DNA from: Cenococcum geophilum
Lineage: Eukaryota
Direction: 5' to 3'
Assembly (NCBI GenBank): GCA_050273025.1
Contig: CP158636.1
Span: forward strand, 1,736,001-1,800,000
Length of the DNA: 64,000 nucleotides
A program made the translations under genes and the position numbers. How positions within the stretch are numbered: position 1 is the first letter of the stretch; every line of letters starts with the position of its first letter. The notes below the pieces were generated by a model that ran no database searches, was not told the DNA's origin, and worked only from the letters and a program-made list of their open reading frames with translations. This document shows, piece after piece, positions 26,492 through 36,760 of this stretch.

Positions 26492-27662
26492 CAGAGGCTC
26501 TGCATAAGGCTCTATATAAAGCTCTACATAAGGCTTTACATAAAGCTCTACACGAAGCTCTGCACGAAGCTCTGCACGAAGCTCTGCACGAAGCTCTGCA
26601 CAAAGCTCTACACGAAGCTCTACACAAAGCTCTGCACGAAGCTCTACACAAAGCTCTACACGAAGCTCTACACGAAGCTCTACACGAAGCTTTGCACAAG
26701 GCTTTACACAAGGCTCTACACAAAGCTCTGCATACAGAGGCTCTGCACGAGGCTCTACACGAAGTTCTACACGAATTCGTGCACGAAGCTCTACACGAAG
26801 CTCTACACAAAGCTCTACACAAAGCTCTACACAAAGCTCTACACGAAGCTCTACACAAAGCTTTACACGAGGCTCTGTACGAAGCTCTACACAAAGCTCT
26901 ATACGAAGCTTTGCACGATACTCTACACGAAGCTTTGCACGATGCTCTACACGAAGCTTTACACAATGCTCTACACGAAGCTCTGCGTACAGAGGCTCTA
27001 CACAAAGCTCTACACGAAGCTCTACACAAAGCTCTATACGAAGCTCTGCACAAAGCTTTACACAAAGCTTTACACGAGGCTCTACACAAGGCTCTACACA
27101 AAGCTCTAGGTACAGAGGCTCTACACAAGGCTCTACACAAAGCTCTATACGAAGCTCTGCACGAAGCTCTACACAATGCTCTACACAATGCTCTACACGA
27201 AGCTTTACACAATGCTCTACACGAAGCTCTGCGTACAGAGGCTCTACACAAAGCTCTACACGAAGCTCTGCACAAAGCTTTACACGAAGCTTTACACAAG
27301 GCTCTACACAAGGCTCTACACAAAGCTCTAGGTATAGAGGCTCTACACAAGGCTCTACACGAAGCTCTATACAAAGCTCTACACGAAGCTCTATACAAAG
27401 CTTTACACAAAGCTCTACACAAAGCTCTACACAAAGCTCTACACAAAGCTCTACGTACAAAGGCTCTGCACGAAGCTCTACACGAAGCTCTGCATAAAGC
27501 TCTATATAAAGCTCTACACAAAGCTCTACATAAAGCTCTACGAAGCTCTACACAAAGCTCTATATATAGAGGCTCTACACAAGGCTCTGCGCGAAGCTCT
27601 ACACGAGGCTCTACGCGAAGCTCTACATACGGAGGCTCTACACAAAGCTCTACACAAAGCCT
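26492..27662. repeat. 12-bp minisatellite (GAAGCTCTRCAC)n, copy 2, RIP-eroded
   Basis: Same unit and same opening AGAGGCTCTGCATAAGGCTCT as at 3778. Confidence 0.96.
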
Positions 27663-27827
27663 TTATGTGTATGCGCGCGACACACTACTATCGGGTCCCC
27701 GCTATATTCCCGATAGCCTCTACACATACCTCTGCTAAGTATACCCCCTATATACACCTAGGTAGCCACCTCATTTTTTACCCTTCCTTACATCCTCCCT
27801 ACCTAGGAAGACACCAGAACAACAGCC

Positions 27828-28290
27828 AGCAGACAACCGTCGCCGGAGCCAGACAACCGTTGCCAGAGCTAGACGATCGTCAGAGCTAGACGACCGTCAT
27901 TAGAGCTAGACGACTATCGCCGGAGCTAGATAACCGTCACTAGAGCTAGACAACCGTCGCCGGAGCCAGATGACCGTCGCTAGAGCTAGACAACCATCAG
28001 AGCCAGACGACCGTTATTAGAGCTAAACAACCGTTGCCGGAGCTAGATAACCGTCGCTAAAGCTAGACGACCGTCGCTAAAGCTAGATAACCGTCGCCAG
28101 AGCTAGACGACCGTCGCCGGAGCCAGATAACCGTCGCCAGAGCTAGACGACCGTTGTTAGAGCTAGATAACCGTTACTAGAGCTAGACAACCGTCAGAGC
28201 TAGATAACCGTCGCCGGAGCCAGATAACCGTCGCCAGAGCTAGATAACTATCGTCATCGCCACACGACCGTCATTAGAGCTATACGACAA
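27828..28290. repeat. 18-bp-type minisatellite (GAGCTAGACGACCGTCGCC), copy 2
   Basis: Homologous to 4755-5320. Confidence 0.88.
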
Positions 28291-31200
28291 CCGTTCGAAC
28301 AACCAGCCAGCAAACACGATAAACGATTCGATCGATCGATCGAATTAAGGTAATATAGATAGGTAGGTATAGACAGGTAGGCATAGATAGGTAGGCATAG
28401 ACAGACAGATAGGTAGGTAGGTAGGTAGGCAAGCAGGCAGGTAGGTAGGCAGGTAGGTAGGTAAGTAGGTAGGCAGATAATTTAGAGCCTCCGCGAGAGG
28501 CTTCCCCTTAACGCCTAAAGTAGATAGCTCTATATTTTATATAGTTATAATATAAATATATTTAAAAGTATACTATAGAAATCTATGGAAATATGTGATA
28601 ATTTGGTTATTATATAATATAATTATAATTTATATAGTTACAATTTATACAGTTTTTACAATTCGTACAATTCGTACAATTCGTACAATTTATATAGTTT
28701 TTACAATTCGTATAATTCGTATAATTCGTACAGTTTGCGCACTATTTATTTATAGGGTAGCATTTTACCGCAATTTGCTATTAGGTGCTGCAAATTTATT
28801 ATAAAACGCGCAAATTGCTGTTAGGGTGCTGCAAACTTGTTATAAAACGTGCGTTTTACGCAAATTGCTATCGACCATATCCACCTGCCGCAACCGTATG
28901 GTTTGTGGCAATTTGCCGCAAACCGCAACAACAAGCCCCAAAAAAAATTTCCTGATAATGTGGTTAACGGGCCTTGGTAGGAGCAATTGTATAGTGCCTT
29001 TCTTTGTAATAACACCTGGCTAATCTGTAATATTAACTAATTAGTGTCGGTATCACCTAGGGGGGTACTGTAATTGTAATATAAGGTAATAGGTTCTTTA
29101 ATTCATTCGTGTCTTTCGCAGAAGATCGTAAGGATCGCGGTGCCTAAATAGGGGGCTAATAAGTCACCGTAAGGATGACTAATCAGAGACATAACCACGT
29201 AACCTCTACTCGTATAGACAGTTAAGAAGTTAATAACTTAAAGTATTAGCTTACCGCTAAGATATATAACGTTAACGATAATATAAAAGTTAAAGTTGTA
29301 GTTATTTTTAAGGGTAAACTTAAATTGGCTAGGGGACTTCTGGTTTATTTAGTAGTAATAGTAGTACTTTATAAGATGCTTAATTGCCTTAACCTCAACT
29401 TTATAGCCTACTTACTAAAGAACCCTAAGTAATTAATAAACGGATAGGTGGCTAAAACGACGATATAGTTAACGTAACTCTAACTTAGTTAAGTAGCTTT
29501 AAGCAATACTCTTTTCTAGTTAATAAAGGAGTAACTAGGGGTAACCCTACTTGCGCATAACGAGCACCCAATTATCTCCCTAAATAAGTATATTCTTAAG
29601 GTTATTAAGCTTAACACCCAATTTGTTTATATTTCTAATATAAAATAAAAACAGGGTATTTATAGGAATGACGTAAAAGGTAATATACCCTAAGGGGGTT
29701 TAGACCCTAATTATGCTAAAAGAGATCGTAGTACCCTTGCTAAAATAAATTATGTATTAGCCTACCGTTAAATAGTTAATCTAAATAGAGCTATTAAGCT
29801 GCTAAAGGGCTTAAACTTAAGGTTCTCCTACTATAGATACTCTTATAGCTTTAGTATCTAGTATAATACTATAGAAGACGTTTACTAAGTATCTGTTATT
29901 AAAGGAGAATGTAGAACTCTCCCTTAGCTTATTAAAGATATCTAACTTTATAGTAAAATGGAGCGTAGATTAGTTATTAAGAATAATAACGGTTTATATG
30001 CCATCTACCTCACTATACTTAGTAAAGTATTAGTTAGGTAAGTACTCCTTAATTTCTATATCTATAAGAAGCTATTTAGTCTTATTAACCTTACCCTTAA
30101 GATCTTCTACGTCTTTATATTAAACCAGAAAGCTTTAGAAGTAGGCTGTAGTAACCTTATAATTTCTAATATTTCTTATACTCTAGCGAAACTTATTATA
30201 TACCTCCTTTCGCTTATTAAGAGAATGCCTATTTAACTAGTAATTCGGTTTCTTATAAACGTAGCACTTCTTCTAGTAATTACTTTGAAATAAACCTCTA
30301 TAAGGACCTCTACCTTTACCTTATAGTTATTAATTATACCCTCTACCATATTACCTACCCCGGCTACTATATATTCAATTAGTCTAGTTATAATTATATT
30401 AGTTAGGCAGGTTAATTAAAGTAGGTTAGAGTTGGGCGTTAAATTGCTATACTTCTTAAGAGCGTAGAGCGGTGCTAATAGAAGATCTTAATTAAGCATA
30501 TACTCCTTTATAAGTATTTATAGGATTAAAGAGAGTAAGGTTATATTCTTTAATACCTTAGTATATACTAATAACTTAATTATATAGGCTAAAGTCCTCT
30601 TAATATAATTCGGGTAAACCACGCTAAATTATTTAAAGTTAATTAAAGAGCTTTTAAAGATAATTAAGCCGAGGGACACCTAGGTTTGTAGTAATAATCC
30701 TTAGGAAGGTAGTCTCTCTCTATTCTAATATATACTACTACTTATTCTCTTTTATTTTAAAGTAGTATTTTAACTTATATATTATACGGTTAAAATTATA
30801 TCCTTTTCCTACTAAATAATTATAATAGAAGGTACTAGCTCGGCCCTTAAGCATAACGGAATAGGCGTTGTGGTATTAATTAGACTCTATTTCTACCTTT
30901 TAGCAATAGTTATAGAAGATATATAGTTTTAAATTAAGAATATTATATAATTCCCCGCTAAACTTCTTTTCCTAATCTAAATAGAGCTTCGTAAGCTCTA
31001 TAAGCAATTTTAAACTACCTCTAATTTAAGATTAAGATAGAGGAGGTAGGGGTTGTATTATAGGCTGCAGTGGGGACGTAGGTCTAGTCGGTGGAGTCTA
31101 AAGGTTATTAAATCGCGAAGTAATGGGATCCTATGCCTGCTTTTGTTGGGGTATAGTATTTAATATTAAAGTTACAGGTTAAATTAGATACAGAGGAGTT

Positions 31201-32809
31201 AAAGGCGGAGGTAGGTTTATCTCTAGAGGTATATTACTTAAGTTCCATTATAAGTTAAGCTTCCTTATAGTGCGTAGTTAGTGCTTAATCTCTTATAGAG
31301 TCTATTTATGCTCTTCTTTTACGTTAATAACCTGCTCCTAAATGTTGTCTCTAATAGTACCCCCATCTATAGGTATAAAGACTCTATACTCCCGTAAGAA
31401 GTTATAGAAGTCTTATATAATATCCTTCTTTATAGGAGTCTATATTTCCTTTATCTATCTAATAAAGTCCTCCCTTATATAGTACTATAGCATAGTATTA
31501 TTATATTTGCTGTCTTTATAATATACTATACGGTATAATAAGAATCCGTTTAGGTCCTATTACTTAGCGTTTATAAAGTTAATTATATCGGTATTTTATA
31601 TTTCCGGGTTAATATCCTTCTCGTACTTCTTTAGATAGGTTAACGCTATAGTAGGTGTAGAATTAACGGGGTGTCGTACGTTAAAGGTAGGTAGGATTTT
31701 CGGTTTTATAGGATCTCGTAGGTTTACTATTAAGAAGTAGGCAATTTGAGATGTTATTTAACGCATTTTGGACGTCGTTTGACGCGTTTTAGACGTTAAT
31801 TTGGGACCTTAGGTTCAGTAATACTTCTAACCTAAAGTACTTAACCAAATCTTTGTAAATGTGGTTGTTCTACGTAATAAACGCAACTTGGTATCTCCTA
31901 GTACTTAGTGACACTTCTATTACTAGTTTTCCGTAAGTTTAAGATAGTATAGTATCGCCGGGATCTATTCCATATAAGCGTATATAGCACCCCTATATGA
32001 GACTGTCTCTTCTATTCAAAAACTTAGCTACTCTATAATTGACTATATATTCAACTACTGATCAGTATTAGTTATATAGGGTGACTTACTAATAATAACT
32101 ACTCGAGTAGGTTACAGTGATGTTGGTTAATAAAGCTTATTAATTGGAATAAGGGAGGGCGAGGAGCTTAAGGCTCCTCGCCACGCTAGTGCCGCGGTAA
32201 TACGTGATAGCAACTTGCCTTATTCCCGATAGAAAGAATAAAGACATTAATAAATCTTTATATAGACCTTATAGAATTAGTAAAGATAGTATAGAAGAAA
32301 ATAAAAAAAGTACTATAATGCTAGGAGATCTAAAAGACTAAATCTTAAGGAGGGAGATAAAGTATGGCTACTATATAAAATGTTTAAGATTTAACAACTA
32401 AGCAAAAAATTAGACTATATTAGACTAGAACCTTTTAAAATTATATAAAGGATTTTACCGGTTATATTTAAATTAGACCTACTAGCCAAAATAAAGATCT
32501 ACCCTATATAGTATATTGTAATGCTAGAGCTAGTATACGGAAATATTAAGCTATTAGTTTATAAGGCAGACACGTATAGAGGATAGGAAGAAGATAAATA
32601 GTAAGTTTTAAAAATTATTAGTTATAAGGATATTAATAATAAAATATAGTATAAAGTTAAGTAGATAGGCTACACTAAGACTACCTAGGAACTACTAGAA
32701 AATTTAAAAAACGCTATAAGAAAGGTAGAGGAGTATCGGAAGAAATTAGGTTAGGTAGTATTAATAAAAAAGGATTACTAAAGAATAAGTTACCTAAGGG
32801 GGACCTAAG

Positions 32810-33386
32810 AAGAGTAGTTGCTAAACTACTTAGACCTACTTCCTTCTTAGTTAGAAGAAGATCTATTCTTTTATTACTAAGTTCCTATAGACCCTATTCT
32901 ATAAGTTTCTACTCCTTAGAATAAACCTTCTTATAAACCTTTTTAAGACGGATTAACTAAGTAGACGTAGCTAGACGAGACTTAAGGGCCCTTTACTAAG
33001 CATTAGTAGCCTCCTATTTAGCATCCTAAGAATAATATAGTTCCGTAAGAGTAACAAACAGTTTATTATCTAGCTACGTAGCAGTAAATTAAATATAAAA
33101 CCCTAAGACAAATTAATTAGGGAACTAGATAACTATTAAGAGTAATAAGTTATATATATTTAACATTAGAGACGGAGCGAACGTTATAGGACGAATAAAT
33201 ATTCGCTTTAGTGCACTTTAAGTAAGAGGACGGTTATTGCAAAGATAGGTTCGCCAACGCAATATAAACTAACCCCTCTTTTAAATAGCGAGAATATAGA
33301 GATAGTATAATCTCACTAAGGGATAATATCGCAGCGATAGTGTGAATGCGACGAGTAGTTAATAAAGAAGAAATCGCTTTAGGTAT
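32810..33386 (-). pseudogene. Antisense Zn2Cys6-like ORF of Gypsy-B copy 1
   Basis: Collinear reverse-complement homologue of 8266-8840, lying between the chromodomain and the PPT. Confidence 0.65.
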
Positions 33387-34934
33387 AATAAGTAACAATA
33401 TTAACTAAATTAATAGATAGACATTATACCTTTAGTAAATAACTTAAAGATATTTTAAATCTTTAAGGATAAAGATAAAGAGGAGGGAGATAGTGTTACG
33501 GACGCTTTAAGTATAATATTATAACTACTAGGAGAGGAGTTAGAAGAAGCTAGTTAGTTAATTTAGGCACGGTCTAAAATAGAGCCAATAGAACTATATA
33601 ACGAGGAATAGTAGCTAAGGTCATATATTGCGATTTATATAATCTATAGGATCTGCGTAATCTGCGATAGAGTAAATAAAGCATACGTATATTACGTATA
33701 AGGAGGATTTTATAGGAGTACGGTTATATATTTAAGGACCCTTAATCCCTACCTAGATAGTTTCTTCCTTATAGTAATTCTTAGAATATAATTAGAGTTA
33801 ATCTATTAGGCAACCACTCCACCAGTTATTATTACATTATTAACTTTAACTTGCTTTACCTATATACCTAGCCCATTAATAAGCCCACTATAGTTCCTGC
33901 TATAAGGTTCTGTTATATTTTAGGGAAACTACTATAGAAGTAATAAACGCTATCTAGGGCGTTACTGGAAGAGAAACGATACTACCGCCGGTTTAGGGAC
34001 GCGTAAAAGGACTACAAGCTATTATAAGAGAATACTCTAAGAAGTTAGCATTATTATAAAAAGATAAGGTAGGGATCCTATTGCTTATAAACGCGTTAAG
34101 AAAAGATAATAAGGTAGTAATAAAAGTACGGCTAGAGATATAGAAGCTAAAAGGCGAGATATAATAAAATAGCCTATTTAAGAATAAGACGAACGGTATT
34201 ATTAATAAAAGGATAAGGGAAAGACGACAACTTATAAATAGAAAAAAATTAAAATAAAAGACGTTATTATTAAAGCCTATTTAGGTAAATGGGGATAGTA
34301 ATTAGTTAACGCGTCGTACCGGATAACTTCCAGATCCATTTATAACAAATTCCTAAAATTAAAGAGGTAAATCCTACCAAATTTTTATCACTATTATTGA
34401 AATTCTATTATAAAAGCACTATAAGGAGCTAGGGTAGGAGAAGAGTAGAGGAATAAAAGATAAAGTAAAGTTCCGCGCTAGTAAAGAGCTAGCAATAAGT
34501 TATATTATAAAGTACCTTTCTACTAAGGGTTTCCTTAATGGTTTTAGCCGGAACTTTATAAAAGCTTAGTAGAGGCGAAGTCTTAGAGAACTAAGACCCT
34601 AGAAGGGGAGGTAATTGTAATAGAATCCCCCGGGAGGTACATATCCAATAAGACGGTAGAAGGTTTTATCTATATCCTATCTATGTTCTAGAAAATATAG
34701 TTAAATAGGTTAAGGGCGAAAGGTTTTACTAGCGTTTTGGAAAAAATATATAGGAAGCTAGTTCCCCTCTAGAGAAGAACTAGCAATTAGTCTCTAAATA
34801 GAAGCGGTTAAAAGCATTTGTCCTTTAATACGTGAAACTCATTCTACCTTCTACTTACCTTTGACTTACCTTCTACTTACTAGTGACACTGTCAATTAGA
34901 TAATTATACGTTCCGGTTAGGCTGGCCTCTTACA

Positions 34935-35843
34935 CTTAGGGTATCTATATCTTCTATTAGGATAATTATATCCTAGACTTTTACCTTAAGTCCCTATTTA
35001 TACTATACTATAAGCGCCTTATTATTCCATTTAACCTATATAGCTAGCGTTTAAAACTATATTATATACTTAATAACTAAGGTTTACTATACTAAATTTT
35101 AAAGCTTTCTTTTTACTATAGTAGTTGCCTTTAGGTCTCTAAATATTTATACTAAACGTTTTGTAAACCTATTCTAACTAATAAATATATATCATACTTT
35201 TTAGTTAGTAATTATTATACTATTTTTCTATATCCCCGTAAAATAAGGCTTATACCACTTAAGTGCCCTTTTTATTAGAAATAACCCTATATAAGCTATT
35301 TAGTCTATAGCTATTACTAGCTTTACTCCCTCTTATATAACCTTAAAGTATATTTATATAAGAAATCCCTTAAGCTTTAACTTCTCCCCTAAGAATCGCT
35401 TAATAGATAGTAGCTTAATCTTTACTACTTCTATCCTATTAATTTGTTCTTTAAGTATCCTATTACTATCCGTTAATTAATTAACTATTACCTATAACTA
35501 TCTAACCGTAACTAGTTATAAGTTAGTATCTACTATACTAGTATTATTACCTAACCCTAAGGTAGTTACTACTATAGACGCTATTATAACTACTGCTTTT
35601 AATAGCATATAATTTAACTTTATTAATACTATAATTAGGTAGTAAATATATAATAAAGCCTTATAGTAGAAACTATAGTAGACTTATTAATAGGCTAGGT
35701 ATATAGGTAAATAAGAAGTTAATAATATAATAATAACTAGTAAAGTAGTTGCCTAATAAATTAACTTTAATTATATTCTAAGATTTATTACAAAGAAGAG
35801 AACTATTTAGGTAGGGACTGTAGTCCTTTAAATATATAATACT
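34935..35843 (-). mobile_element. Older, more heavily RIPped Gypsy-B fragment: 5' gag plus part of the 5' LTR
   Basis: 34935-35650 is collinear with 14536-15250. 35650-35843 matches the first ~190 bp of LTR 15251-15671 and then stops. Confidence 0.88.
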
Positions 35844-36605
35844 GCGGGCAGGTATAACGTAAGAAGGGAGCGTATAGGTGTCAGTGCGTACAAGTGAGCC
35901 AATCAGCGACTCCAACGATGAGCTCCAATTTTAGAATTGGGTTGTTCCTCCTACCCCTGTCGTCCCTGCCCCCGTCGTCATCGTCGCTTTAATTTAGTTA
36001 TCCTTATCTTTTTTCTTACTGCCACCATAGATCAATATTTGTCAACTTAATCGTGCCCTACATCCGATGACGTAATCCTTATGCCTAAGAGCTTTAACCT
36101 AAAAGCTGATAAGTCACCCTAAATGCAACGGCCCGGCGCCAATTGATTGCTTTAAAGAGTATCTTACTACTAACCGCGTACTCCACCGCCAAAGGGTATA
36201 TTTGACAATAAGGAAGTAGATAAGTTAGTAGGAGAGCCTTGCGAAAGGGTGTCCCTTAAGGAAGCAGTAAAGGCCCAGCTTACTGCTACGGTTGCCACAG
36301 AGGCCTCTGCTTAGGTAGAAGACGACGTGATTAATAAGGAGGAAGGTGAGCTAGATAAGCAATATGCGGCTATTAAGATTGACTATAAGACTAAGGTTAT
36401 TGGCGAGGAGTAATATAGGTAGCTTTTAGTCAGTTATCCTACATCTGCTCTTCCTTTTACAACGCTATGCTAATGCCAAGCCTTTCTATTCTTAGTATAT
36501 AAATGTACTGGAGCTCCAAGGAGCTCTTAGAGTCAAACAATTTACTAACTAGATGGAGTGGATTTAAGCTCAGATCCACTCCAGTCCAGTCCAAGAAGAT
36601 CACTG
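35844..36605 (+). mobile_element. 3' fragment of a hAT-like DNA transposon (hAT-B)
   Basis: The right end reverse-complements to CAGTGATCTTCTTGGACTGGACTGGAGTGGATC (CAG start, short subterminal repeats). Upstream are an IDxFxEYLT-like segment and an acidic tail. No left end found. Confidence 0.55.
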
Positions 36606-36760
36606 GCCACCCTCCCTACTTGTAGTGGCGATATCTATCACATATTGGGGGGGGTCATTTAGCTCGGTTACGGCCCAGGTTAATACAAGGTTAGGGCCAC
36701 CCCTACTAATAATTGGCGCGAACCCCGCACAAGGTCGCGCAGCGACCGCCCCCAAGTACC

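Larger units (their letters stand above)
26226..28957. mobile_element. Non-autonomous CACTA/CMC-like TIR element carrying the same minisatellite cassette as 3420-6038
   Basis: Termini CATTAGGAAATTTTTTTTTGGG and CCCCAAAAAAAATTTCCTGATA. 2-bp TSD AT (26224-25, 28958-59). The empty site matches the host's internal duplicate at ~26065-26100. The superfamily is inferred only from CA termini and the 2-bp TSD. Confidence 0.8.
24482..29220 (-). mobile_element. Non-autonomous gag-only LTR element related to the host Copia lineage (~2.0 kb without its insert)
   Basis: 176-bp TG..CA LTRs at 24482-24657 and 29045-29220; TSD GTTAA. The internal minus strand has a Gag N-terminus-like segment (TLWDLYQEDF..LLQCNxVWV, ~25750-25630). 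No pol motifs seen. Confidence 0.88.
21380..32231 (-). mobile_element. Ty1/Copia LTR retrotransposon of the fungal lineage with QTDD at the RT active site
   Basis: 166-bp LTRs at 21380-21545 and 32066-32231; TSD GAAAG. Minus-strand motifs after RIP reversal: integrase EAHNSIGKVERYHAPLRR (~24290-24230), RT KPLYGIAEAG (~23055) and IVGxQTDD (~22915), RNase H DGSFANNKDFSSQLG (~22465-22420). Order is INT-RT-RH. Confidence 0.93.
7670..32780 (+). pseudogene. gag-pol of Gypsy-B copy 1, in pieces 7670-7736, 15677-21379 and 32237-32780
   Basis: gag start ATG at 7670; CCHC knuckle ~16610-16655; protease ALIDS(G) ~18625; RT VYLDDIIIY ~19585; RNase H ~20030-20350; integrase ~20650-21379 plus 32237-32540; chromodomain ~32590-32720. 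Confidence 0.92.
7201..33917 (+). mobile_element. Full-length Ty3/Gypsy chromovirus (Gypsy-B copy 1) with two large nested insertions
   Basis: 424-bp LTRs at 7201-7624 and 33494-33917 (TGTTACGG...), TSD TTTTA on both sides, PPT AAAGAGGAGGGAGATAG before the 3' LTR. Confidence 0.95.
1..34934 (+). mobile_element. Outer Ty3/Gypsy chromovirus LTR retrotransposon, RIP-degraded; 5' part lies before the window; interrupted by 3420-6038 and 7201-33917
   Basis: pol at 1-3295, then a long 3' region (6041-7200 joined to 33923-34830 across TSD TTTTA). It ends in an LTR-like ...GGCCTCTTACA at 34934, directly against a cut gag of another element. The right boundary is inferred because no second LTR is in the window. 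Confidence 0.75.

Noticed and set aside
26160..27738. Long ORFs of 288-453 aa, (EALH/KALH)n and (RALC)n
   Set aside because: Same 12-mer array plus the foldback; being open in four frames at once points to repeat structure, not a gene.
28485..28520. Hairpin AGCCTC-CGCGA-GAGGCT followed by CTAA, like a Helitron 3' end for the cassette
   Set aside because: No counterpart is visible in cassette copy 1 and no matching 5' TC boundary was found; too weak to call.
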